A program made the position numbers and the translations under genes. From assembly GCA_031763465.1 (NCBI GenBank), contig JARFOE010000001.1, positions 4,397,986-4,434,382 of the forward strand: DNA of 36,397 bases. Reading direction: 5' to 3'. This stretch comes from Squatina squatina (Eukaryota). The notes below the pieces were generated by a model, which saw only the letters and a list, made by a program, of their open reading frames with translations, was not told the origin of the DNA and did no database searches. Below are positions 24,593 to 35,465 of the stretch, one piece after another; positions within the stretch are counted from its first letter, which is position 1; every line of letters begins with the position of its first letter.

Positions 24593-25280
24593 TATTCTGG
24601 ATTTTTGTTTAATTGCAAATCCACTGTTGATCTACAACAAAGTAAGATAGAGTCCTATAGTTTAGACAGGGCGAGGATCTCCAGATTGGCAAGGGTAGCT
24701 GGATTTTAACAATGGGCTTCCAATGCTTGTTTTTCCTACACTTAGGCCATAGGGCTATCAATAATATTACCTGTTCCAGCTCTATCAGTGAAGACTGTTA
24801 TCTACATGTTCAAATATCCAGTTACTCAGAGAGGTCACCCGAAACAACAACTTGAAGGAACAGTTACATGTCCGCACTCCCTCCATTTCTCTTTCTCTTT
24901 TTGCCAGTGTTTGCTCTGTCTTCATGATTGATGTCCTCCTGCAAGAGTCACAGGATCCTACAGCTGACTGAAGCTGCATTTGAAGGGAACTGGCGCCAAT
25001 GAGCTGTCACTAGGCTGTCAGACAAACAAACACACAGAAAACAGACAGCCAAAGAATAAGTGAGGCCCTATGTCTAGAGACAGCACTTCCTGCTGCAACT
25101 TCCATCAGATAACCAGTTTTATGTTTTTATGTTGTCAATTTCTGTAATCTTTTAAATGGGACAGAAGTAGGAATTACAATCACCTTCTGCCGCTGAATGT
25201 TTTTTTGTGGAGTGGAGAAGACTTTATAACCGGGGTAACTAGAAAAGCAATTAGAATTAGTGGACAATATGTATCTTAAA

Positions 25281-25530
25281 AGAAAGACTTGCGTTTCTAT
25301 AGCACCTTTCACAACCACTGAACGTCTCAAAGCACTTTACAGCTGTACTTTTGAAGTATAGTCACTGTTGTAATATAGGTAACATAGCATGCAAACTTGC
25401 ACACAGCAAGCTCTCACAAAGCAATGTGTCAATGATCAGATAATCTGTTTTGTTATGTTGATTGAGCGATAAATATTGGCCAGGTCACCGAGTATAACTC
25501 CCCTGCTCTTCTGCGAAATAGTGCCATGGG
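25281..25530 (-). mobile_element. DeuSINE (SacSINE1-like) 3' half, truncated by gap
   Basis: Colinear with 17918-18180 (gacttgc…caaagcactttacagc…ataaatattggccagg…aaatagtgccatggg). Confidence 0.8.
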
Positions 25531-25630
25531 NNNNNNNNNNNNNNNNNNNNNNNNNNNNNNNNNNNNNNNNNNNNNNNNNNNNNNNNNNNNNNNNNNNNNN
25601 NNNNNNNNNNNNNNNNNNNNNNNNNNNNNN

Positions 25631-25717
25631 CTGTGCACCTTATATCTCCTCTCCAATACTTTATCCTGGTGCTGCTCCTCCAGCCAAATAAGTTTAAACC
25701 CTCCTCCACAGCACTAG
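25631..25717 (-). mobile_element. CR1 ORF1 end / ORF1-ORF2 junction fragment
   Basis: agtttaaaccctcctccacagcactag (SAVEEGLN on minus) parallels agttgaaaccctccccaacagtactag at 28119-28145. Confidence 0.5.
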
Positions 25718-26602
25718 TTTCTGAACATTGAACATTTCAATATATTGAGAAAGAATGTGAATCCCTCATAATCAATGCAGCTGGCTAATTACTGGTTAGC
25801 CACCTAATTAATAGTGAGATGGGCTCGAATGCCCCAGTGCCACAGTAAAATATCTGTTATTCCCCTATCTTACTCTTACATTGGTGGGATGTGTCACAGA
25901 CCCAGAATTTAGATATGCTCACTAATCCTTTTGGCTTTTCGTACTCAGAACCTGACAACAAATGTCTTGCCTTTAAAGCCATGGGAAGCACATTTGGGAT
26001 TGTGTGACTTTACAAATGGCCAATTAGACATAAACATAGGAAACAACTGTGCTGAATAAATCTCCAGAACCAAGGCCCCGGCCCTTACACAGTACCCCTC
26101 CCCCTCGCTCCACCAGTTCTCCCCTCCACTGTCCATGATGTGTTCCAGTCCTCAGACTGAGTGAGCTGCAGCAGGNNNNNNNNNNNNNNNNNNNNNNNCA
26201 GCCTGAGCACAGGAATGTTGAAAACAAGCCCAGAAGATGGAAGAGGATAAGTTATTAATGGCCATGCATGAGACGGCTGGTTAGTGTAAGTGTTGAGGCA
26301 CAAGATATATAGCTATCACCTCTCTGAATATGATAAGCAATCATCTGGCTCATCTCTCAGTACAAATGTGCCTCCTTTAACTCTTTATATTCTGCTGTTT
26401 GCAATACCATACTAACTGGTGCTCATATTGTTTTGGGATAATTTCTGTTATTTCAAAATTTACAGTGTAGGTTAAAATGCAACCGTATTAATTCACATAA
26501 TGAGTGTTCTCTGCCAAATAATACATTTTGCCCACACTTTTTAGGTTAATTATTACATCTTTAACACATTCAACATTGTGTGCAGATAATGACCAGACTG
26601 TA

Positions 26603-26937
26603 GGGAGGAGAAATTGGACTCAGCAGTGTCCGATTTTTAAGGCGCTACACAGCATCCTAACAGTGTAAAATGGGGTCCGAAATGCGCATGCACACTTTCA
26701 ATGAGAAGTGCGCTGAACAGCATCTTGGTAAAGGGGTTTGCACGTGTGCGCACCTAACAACTGCTGACAGCAGGGAGAGCGGGGAGATTATGACATTAAT
26801 CAGTGTGCAATTCTGATTTGACGCCAGCGCTGCCATTTTTCAATGCCGCACTCCATACTATGCCCTCTCTTAACCTTGCACAGCTGAACACAACGTTAAA
26901 CAGCATGATGGGCCCCCGCACCTTCCCGCCATCCACC
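26603..26937. mobile_element. Left end of a Harbinger-like element, truncated by gap
   Basis: Starts GGGAGGAGAAATTGG; contains ggcgcta; shares blocks with 4772-5045. Confidence 0.5.
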
Positions 26938-27037
26938 NNNNNNNNNNNNNNNNNNNNNNNNNNNNNNNNNNNNNNNNNNNNNNNNNNNNNNNNNNNNNNN
27001 NNNNNNNNNNNNNNNNNNNNNNNNNNNNNNNNNNNNN

Positions 27038-27960
27038 TTATATGTCGACTCTTTCGATCGAGTAGTATCTTTTAATTTCTTTTGTTAGCCATGGTTAGGC
27101 TACTTTTCCTGTTGCGTTTTTGCGCCAGAAAGGAATGTATAACTGTTACAATTCATGAATTCTTTCCTTAAATGTTAGCCATTGCCTATCCACCGTCAAG
27201 CCTTTTAATGAAGTTTCCCAATCTATCGTAGCCAACTCGCCCCTCATACCTTAGGACCCCAGTTTCAGATTGAACTACATCACTTTCAAACTTAATGAAG
27301 AATTCATCATGTTATGGTCACTCTTCCTTAAAGGCCCCTGCACAACAAGATTATTAATTAACCCCTTCTCATTGAACAATACCAAATCTAGGATAGCCTG
27401 TTCCCTAGTTGGTTCCTCAACGTACTGGTCTTTATATAAAAAAAAAGAACCATCTCGTACGCACTCCAAGAATTCATCCTCCGCAGTATTATTGCTATTT
27501 TGGTTTGGCCAGTCTATATGTAGATTAAAGTCACCCATGATTCCTGTAGTACCCTTGTTACATGCATCTCTAATTTCCTGTTTAATGCTGTCCCCTACAT
27601 TACCGCTACTGTTTGGAGGCCTATAGACAACTCCCACCAATGTTTTCTGCCCCTTGGTGTTTCTTAGCTCCACTCAGACTGATTCTACATCTTGATTTTC
27701 TGCGCCAATATCCTTTCTCACTATTGCACTGATTTCATCCTTTATTAACATCGCCAGCCCACCTCCTTTTCCTTTTTGCCTGTCCTTCCTAAATATCGAA
27801 TATCCTTAGATATTCAGTTTCCAGCCTTGGTCGCCCTGCAGCCCTGTCTCCGTAATTACAATTATATCGTACCCGTTTACATCTATTTGCGCTGTTAATT
27901 CATCTACCTTTTTGCAAAGGCTTCGTGCATTCAGATAAAATGCCTTTAGATTTGTCTTTT
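27038..27960 (-). pseudogene. CR1 ORF2 apurinic-like (EEP) endonuclease domain, disrupted
   Basis: YLNARSL…DIIVITET…RKDRQKGKGGG…VGVVYRPPNS…IMGDFNLHIDW…PTREQAILDLV…SDHN motifs. In-frame stop at 27806-27808 and further lesions. Confidence 0.9.
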
Positions 27961-28116
27961 TAAACATCTTAACATTGTTTTGTACTATGGCCCTATTTGC
28001 TTCTCGCCCTTGTTTCCTCTGCCTTCCAATTTTGCTTTCCACTTTTCTGTCTTTCATTTCTAGCTCTGTTTCCCTGTCTTCTGACTCCCCTCTCAGATTT
28101 CCATCCCCCTGCCAAG

Positions 28117-28314
28117 TTAGTTGAAACCCTCCCCAACAGTACTAGCAAATACCCCTGCGGGGATATTGGTCCTGCTCCTGCTGGGGTGTAACCCGTCCAG
28201 CTTGTACAGGTTCTGCCTTCCCCAGAAATGGTCCCAATGCCTCAGGAATCTAAATCCCTCCTTCCTACACCATCTCTCCAGCCACACATTCATCTGGTCT
28301 ATCCTCCTGTTCCT
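28117..28314 (-). pseudogene. CR1 ORF1 SGNH/GDSL esterase-like domain, C-terminal remnant
   Basis: My translation: RNRRIDQMNVWLERWCRKEGFRFLRHWDHFWGRQNLYKLDGLHPSRSRTNIPAGVFASTVGEGFN*, with the DGLH block. Not shown in the ORF track. Confidence 0.8.
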
Positions 28315-28319
28315 GTGAG

Positions 28320-28676
28320 AAGAGACTAAGTCCCTCAGGCAGAAACTTAGTGATCAGCAGGGCTAAGTTGGGGACAATCTTGGTGAGGAGAGGGACCACA
28401 TTGGACCGCGGCCAGGTACTTTCAGGTGGAGTTGTGTTGTATGCAGTGAGTACGGCTGTAGTACACTTGACGCCCATGATATCCCCTCCGCTGGCTCCCA
28501 CCGCAGAGACCGTCCAGGCCCAAGAGCCAGCAGCTCGGCTTCTACCAGACGCTACTCCTCCCCATATCCCCTTGGAGCATCAGCAACCCAGCTCCCAACT
28601 CCCTAATACTGACCGGCGGACCAGACACAGAGGTCGTGCCCTCAGCACAAGAAGTGTCCGTTCATGGGGAGGGTGA
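28320..28676 (+). pseudogene. Possible C-terminal exon of a Harbinger Myb-like accessory gene
   Basis: Pro/Ala-rich, then basic, reading frame (…PPLAPTAETVQAQEPAARLLPDATPP…RRTRHRGRALSTRSVRSWGG*), convergent with the transposase relic. Called by context and composition only. Confidence 0.3.
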
Positions 28677-29314
28677 GACAGGACGGAACAGGGTGTCTCT
28701 CTTGTGCAGAGTCCAACCTCTTCTAACTCAGGCTTCGTCACAAATGACCATCAGTACAGCCTGTCAGGGGGCAAGTCTGTTAATGTTTAGCTGGTTGTTC
28801 TTATTCAAGTGTTGATGTTATTTATTGATATTTATATTTCTCTTATCATTCATTGTATTAGAATTGTTGCTGCTGCTTTTCTTAAATCATTTAGTTGGAC
28901 TTCATTTGGAACTGATTGAAATTTTTTTACTGTCAACAATACAAATGTTTCCAAAATAGAAATTGGCTAATTACCTCCATTGTTATTTACAGTTTTGCAG
29001 AAACTACCGCAATGTTTTTTATAAAGTTTTGAACAAACAATCTCATTTGTTGTTTACACTGCTGTTGCAATAAGAGTTCACTGTTTGACTTTCAATCTTG
29101 CCTGCCCTTTCCTGTCCTTTCCTGGGGAGGGGGAGTGAGGAGGCATTTTGGAACTTTCCTCACTGTACCAGTGCATGAGTTACCTGCTGCTGTCCAGTCA
29201 CCCTGCCCTCTGCAGCCATGGCTTCCTCAGGCTTCCATAAACCATGGCACCAGTGACATCGAGGTCATCCATTTCCACCGCCATCTCATCTGCTGGTTTA
29301 AAGGTCAGTCCTTG

Positions 29315-29650
29315 CTACAAGTCAAAGTTGTGTAATGCACTGTAAAGCAGCATAATCTTCATTACTTTGATGGGCGAAAACTGCATAGTACCACTGATCT
29401 GTCTGTGTGAAGCGTAATTTCTGCACTCTTATTCTCCTCTCTGCTACTTGGCACGTCCATACATGTGTACGGTTGTACCTTTTCTGTGCTCCCCTATTCG
29501 TCCTGTGGCATAGTGTCATCACCACAGCATTAGCAGGTAGGCCTTGTCACCTAAGATCCATCCAGACCCTTGCTGCTCTCTGATGAAGGAACCATGTAGG
29601 TTTGAGTGCTGTAGGACAAAGCCATCTTGAGCACTTCCTCAGTGATCTGC
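29315..29650 (-). pseudogene. PIF/Harbinger (HARBI1-like, DDE_Tnp_4) transposase C-terminal half, decayed
   Basis: Reconstructed across two frameshifts: *GSAQDGFVLQHSNLHGSF…GWILGDKAYLLMLW / MTL…QKRYNRTHVWTCQVAERRIRVQKLRF…D / SGTMQFSPIKVMKIMLLYSALHN. Matches the family pattern PGSxHD…GWLLGDxGY…WLMTP…YNxxH…VER…LKxRF…LQYSP…LHN. Confidence 0.82.
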
Positions 29651-30833
29651 AAGGCCTCCGGTGCAGACAGAATCCCTGCCAAAATACTAAAGTACGGCGG
29701 TGAGGCACTCATGGCATGAATCCATGGCCTTATCTCCCTCATCTGGGAGGAGGACAGTATGCCAGGAGATCTCAGAGATGCCATAATCGTGACCATCTTC
29801 AAAGAAGGAGACAAATCTGATTGTGGAAACTACAGAGGGGTCTCCCTGCTGTCCACCATGGGCAAGGTCATCGCAAGAATCCTCTTCAATGACCTCCTGC
29901 CAGTGGTTGAAGATCTCCTCCCTGAGTCACAATGCGGTTTCTGCCCATTTAGGGGTACAACGGACATGATTTTCAGCGCACGCCAAATCCAAGAAAAATG
30001 CTGGGAGCAGCATCGACCTCTGTACATGGCCTTCTTTGACCTTACGAAGGCCTTTGGCTCTGTCAACCGGGAGGGATTGTGCAGTGTTCTCCTCAAGTCT
30101 GACTGCCCGCTAAAATTTGTCACCATCCTCCGCCTGCTTCACGATGACACGCAAGCCGTGATTCTCACCAATGGCTCAACCACAGACCCAATTCAAGAGC
30201 ATACTGGGGTCAAGCAGGACTGTGTCATCGCACCGACGCTCTTCTCCATCTTCCTCGCTGCAACAATTCATCCCATCTCCATGAAGCTCCCCACTGGTGT
30301 TGAGCTAATATACAAGATGAGTGGGAAACTCTTCAACCTCCGCCGCCTCCAGTCCAAATCCAAGATCACCTCAACCTCTGTCATCGAGTTACAGTACTCA
30401 GACGATGCCTGCGTGTGCGCGCACTCGGAGACTGAGCTCCAATCCATCGTCGATTAATTCACTGAGGCATTTGAGAGAATGGGCCTCACACCGAACATCC
30501 GCAAGACAAAGGTCCTACACCAGCCTGCCCCAGCCACACATCACCAACCTCCAAATAGAAATATTCACGGCAAACCCCTGGACAACATGGAACACTTCCC
30601 ATACCTTGGGAGCCTCCTCTCAGCGAGGGCTGACATAGGCGACAAAATCCAACACCGCCTCCCGTGTGCCAGCACAGCCTTCGGTCACTTGGGGAAGAGA
30701 GTGTTTGAAGATAAAGACCTCAAACCAATGCACCAGTGATACCTGCCCTCCTGTATACATCAGAGACATGGTCACTGTGCAGCAAACACCTCAAAGCACT
30801 AGAGAAATACCACCAACGCTGCCTCCGCAAAAT
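29651..30833 (+). mobile_element. RTE-clade (BovB-like) LINE, RT region, 5'-truncated and decayed
   Basis: KASGADRIPAKILK…DLRDAIIVTIFK…DCGNYRGVSLLS…LLPESQCGF…FFDLTKAF…GVKQDCVIAPTLF…ELQYSDD…GLTPNIRKTKVL…FPYLGS…IPALLYTSETW. Stops near 29718 and 30455, frameshift near 30735; ends at a gap. Confidence 0.9.
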
Positions 30834-32554
30834 NNNNNNNNNNNNNNNNNNNNNNNNNNNNNNNNNNNNNNNNNNNNNNNNNNNNNNNNNNNNNNNNNNN
30901 NNNNNNNNNNNNNNNNNNNNNNNNNNNNNNNNNTACCTGGTTCTGAGCGTATTCACTTTTAGCTCACCTGACCCCTCTCACTGACTGAAGTCCCCACCAT
31001 AGCTGCAAATCATAAAAGTCTCTCTGCCAAAATGACTCCCTGGCACCTGAGGGCCAATTTTAATCCATTTTAAATGAAGACTAAAATTTTAGCAGATTAT
31101 CGAATATGCAGATAACATGCCAATGTATTCATACTTCAGTCATCGATAAAAAGAGCTTCAGGTTTTTGCATTTTCTTGGGTGACCACTGTTTGTCAGAGT
31201 ACCAACACCAATACCCATGGCTAGTGAGGTGCAAGAGATTGAGAAAAGTTTTGATGGGGTGCTGCCTGAAAGTATTGAAGAACCACTGCCCTACTGCGTT
31301 ACACTGTGAACTGTAATAGACTTGTAAACTGACACTTCTTATGGGTACTGTCAAATAATCGTAAACTGTCATCTTATCATTTGAAGTCAAAGTTCATAGC
31401 ATAATTTGTTTTTGTAACACAACCTCCTCCTTGCGATTGTTGAGCGTGCAAAATGAATTAAACAAAAATTTAAATGATTTGATTTTCGCTGTGAGTGTGC
31501 CTTGCAGTTACTCTCTACTGTGTTATGGCATAACGTAACATGAAAAATGAAACCAGGGATTCAGCCAGTGTAAGTCAGTTAAATCAACATTAACACTTAT
31601 CTGCTGCATGCAATAAGAAAATAGGATAAAATGAATCCCTTGTGCAGTTCTTAGGTCTGCTAGGGTTGGGGGACTGTGGCATGCTGGGAAGGTAGGTATA
31701 CAGTGGTAGGGACCTTTGTTCAGCGTGTGGAAAATCACACACAGTCAATATCAGAAAGGAAAGCAAATAATTACCACATCCGAATTGGCTTTAATATTAG
31801 CCAGCAGTGAAAGAGAAGGGAGGCCTGTCAAAATTGGCTTCACTGCATGAACGGCGCCCAGCCTCTCCATCTCTGTCTGCCTCTGTCTCTTTTCATCCTC
31901 TAATCCTGCTTTTCATTCTTTCCCTATTAGCGACCAGAGAAGTGACAAGTTTCAGCAACTGGTTGCTGCTAGTTCGCCACACAGACACAAAGTAATAATT
32001 GTGTGAGAGATTCTACAACAAACCTTGTTATTGGTGGTCAGCTGCAGGGCAAGGAACCTCCTTTTTTGGCTCAGAACCACAGTGACAGGTTGTGTACGAA
32101 TGGTGGTATAAATCGTTTTGCTTTCAACCTTTTCCATTGATTCTGTGCAATTAAAACTGTGCCCCTGTGCTTCCATATCAGAAGAAGGAGATCCCCTGGT
32201 GGGTGGGAGTATCTATTCTATGATGATCAGGGAATGGCAATGGCACTCTCAGTGGAGAGGTCTGCAACCAACCAGTGCTGGAGGAGAACTGTGTAAGGCA
32301 AAAGCAAGATAAAAGCAGGATAACTGAAATAAAAGTCACATTAGAAAACTTGTTTGCTGAACAGAATTGGGCATTGTATGATCTTCAAAATCTGAATTGA
32401 TCTGACTAGGATGAATTTGGATCTATTCAACTCCGTTTCAAAAATTTCGTCTTCCAATTTATTTTACTTTTGTATTCCTCATTCCATTCTATGCCATTTA
32501 GATTTCCATGATTTTGACATTATATTGGAAGAAGTTTACATAGGATTACGTAGG

Positions 32555-32998
32555 TTTTTTTAAATTTGTTCCTGGGATGTGGGCATCGCTGGCAAAGCCA
32601 GCATTTATTGCCCATCCCTAGTTGCCCTTGAGAGCCGCCTTCTTGAACCGCTGCAGTCCCTGTGGTGAAGGAACTCCCACAGGGAGGAAGTTCCAGGATC
32701 TTGACCCAGTGACGACGAAGGAACGGCGATAGACTTTCCAAGTCAGGATGGCATGTGACTTGGAGGGGAACTTGGAGGTGGGGCTGTTCCTATGCATCTG
32801 CTGCCCTTGCCCTTCTAGATGGTAGAGGTCGTGGGTTTGGGAGGTGCTGCCCAAGATGCCTTGGCGAGTTGCTGCAGTGCATCTTGTAGATGGTACTCAC
32901 TGCAGCCACAGTGCACCGGTAGTGCAGGGAGTGAATGTTTAAGGTCATGGAAGGGGTGCCGATCAAGCGGACTGCTTTGTCCTGGATGGTGTCGAGCT
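32555..32998 (-). mobile_element. 3' end of a CR1/L2-group LINE (same family as 4368-4732)
   Basis: Minus strand encodes LDTIQDKAVRLIGTPSMTLNIHSLHYRCTVAAVSTIYKMHCSNSPRHLGQHLPNPRPLPSRRTR, then a 3' UTR with an A-rich tail. Abuts a gap. Confidence 0.8.
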
Positions 32999-34799
32999 NN
33001 NNNNNNNNNNNNNNNNNNNNNNNNNNNNNNNNNNNNNNNNNNNNNNNNNNNNNNNNNNNNNNNNNNNNNNNNNNNNNNNNNNNNNNNNNNNNNNNNNNAA
33101 ATTGCCTGAGACTTCTTTTCCTAAAATGAGTGCAGCTGCATTACTTGAGTTTGATACCGTGATTTGAAGTAATTCTTTAATAGTATAATTCAAGATATTG
33201 AGAACGGTGCCTTCAGTCTACTTCTTTGGCTGTCATGTTTATTCCCGTCTACATTTCGAACCATGCTTAGACCATGTTGTGGAACCCAGAGACAGCCATA
33301 ATTACAGTATAAATTACAGAGATGCTCACTAAATCAATTGCAGCCCTAATTACTGTGTAGAACATGCACTTCAAAAACAACATCCAGCCGTAAACCTTTT
33401 TGTTTTTGTTTTAACGTCCCTCCAAACTTATTATCTTTTGAACGTTACCCTACCACACTCACAGACAAAAGAAGGAAGGAAATGTTACCAATTCTCCCTT
33501 TTAAGCAGTTTATTACATTGAACTCTTGTCTAGGAAATGTGTCTGAGGCAGTGGTTGTTTGTAAGTATATGGTGGCAGTCAATCAGTCAATGCTCTTACT
33601 ATGCACAGCAGCGTTTAAGATTGCACCAATTGTCCTTTTGAATACTGATAAATATTACCATGGCACTGAAGGCTCGACAAACAGCTGCTTACATCTGAAA
33701 TGAGAATATTGTTGCTATGCTGCAACTGCAAAAAAAAATCTGGAAGTCACCTGACATCCCTCTATCAAAGATTTGGAAGTCATTAAACTCAATCTCCCTT
33801 TTGTGTGATAAACGGAGCAAGGGGAAGTTCATATAGATTGTGTTATGTAAGATTCTACAAAAATAGCAGCCTGCAATGGGCCACTTCCTTCCGGAGGCCC
33901 AATAACACAGAGCTGAAAGGATACACAGAGCCTGCCATGGCAACGCTAAGAGATGACACTGGGAAACAAGCAACAATGAACAAGCTTTTTTTTTCCCCTT
34001 TGAGACAAAGTCTGGCCTACAGCTCAAAACACACCACATACAGAGTGCCACAGTCTCTGAGACTGATTCATTCGTTTGTTGTAACCCTTTGAGTGCTGAA
34101 TTAGATCTGCAGCTTTCAAGGCATGCATGTGTTTTCTGTCATTAAAATCGATTGTCTGGCAAGTTTTAACAACTGAATATTAGACATTTACACAAATATT
34201 TAAAAATTAAGCTCTGAGCCTTTTGCTGCATGAGCAGCCCTCACTGCATAAACTATGAACCATCCATCTAACGTGTGAGTNNNNNNNNNNNNNNNNNNNN
34301 NNNNNNNNNNNNNNNNNNNNNNNNNNNNNNNNNNNNNNNNNNNNNNNNNNNNNNNNNNNNNNNNNNNNNNNNNNNNNNNNGTGATTGCGGATGAACTATT
34401 TCATTGCGCACGGTTTAAAGCTTTTGACTGATGTTGGTGTAGGAATGCTGACCCAATTATGGAGGAACTTAAGTTTGTTTTGATGCAGTAAATGTACTGT
34501 ATGGATCAGTGCCGAAGGTTCCTCTACAAACAACAATCCAACAAGGGCACACACATATGTGCTGAATGTAAAGTTCCCAACAGGTCTTTTGTATGCTAAT
34601 ATTTGTTTGCTATTGATCACTGTCAAAGAAGCATTTTCACTAGTGTTGCCATACAACCTAAAAAGTGAGCTTTATATATATGAATAAGGCAGCATGGTGG
34701 ATCATTTTGGGAAGCCATAAAGAAACACAGGCCAGATAGCTGACAGAATAATTGATACTCTAATCTAACTAATCAAATCTATTCCTGCAGAGAGACTTT

Positions 34800-35465
34800 G
34801 GGGGCAAAATTGGCCTGCGCTCCGATTGGAGACAGTAACCTTCTGGGGCAGGGGTTTTTCGTACCCGCCGCAGAAGTCCCACCCCCGTCGCTGAATTGCC
34901 CTTACCATCCCTCAAAGGAAGCGGAGCGCAATCTCCCGCGCTCCATTTCCTTTGGGGGTGGTCACTAGCGCTACTGGGGTGCCGAAGGCGATTAAAGTGG
35001 AGGGCCTCTAACGGCCTCCACTGGGCCACCAGGGCAGAGTGCGACCAGGCCAACAGCCCAGCAACCAAGACTGAGTGCCGGGCTACATGCTAGGGCCGCC
35101 ATTGTTGAGCCGACCCGAGAGTCGGCCGACACAAAAGGACAGCGAGAGCGGAAGTCGGCCAGCTTCTCAACCCGCAAAGCTGGCGTTGACATCCGCTCGA
35201 GCCAGCCCCGTGGACCGCCGGACAATTTACCTCGCGGGGCGGTAAGGGGTCAGCATGGGGCAGTGAAGGGTCGCATGCACGCCAATGATGACATTGCCGG
35301 TTGCGCGGCAGGCCGGGGCGCTAACCGCAGGGCACGGCGCTGCCATGGCAACACCTCCGCAAACTCCCAGGCAATTTCCCCCTCCCTGGGCGAAAAATAT
35401 CTTGCGCCCCGTTAGCGCCCACCTGGAGGTGCTAACGGTGCTATAAAAAGAAGCAATTTCACCCC
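34800..35465. mobile_element. Complete ~665-bp non-autonomous Harbinger-like element (MITE)
   Basis: Left GGGGGCAAAATTG, right CAATTTCACCCC; T-rich 3-nt flanks (imperfect TSD). CpG-rich interior with hairpins. Paralog at 13221-13610. Confidence 0.65.

Larger units (their letters stand above)
27038..28314 (-). mobile_element. CR1 LINE, 5'-truncated within ORF1, 3' part lost in gap
   Basis: ORF1 C-terminus, spacer and ORF2 endonuclease lie in the correct order on the minus strand. Confidence 0.9.

Noticed and set aside
24196-24624. 138/139-aa ORFs
   Set aside because: Almost entirely N-gap.
29315-29650. Host HARBI1 gene
   Set aside because: Frameshifts, stops and an RTE insertion indicate a dead transposon copy.
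34800-35465. CpG-island promoter of a host gene (also 13221-13610, 21510-21800)
   Set aside because: GC-rich patches are bounded by transposon-like termini and have paralogs within the window.
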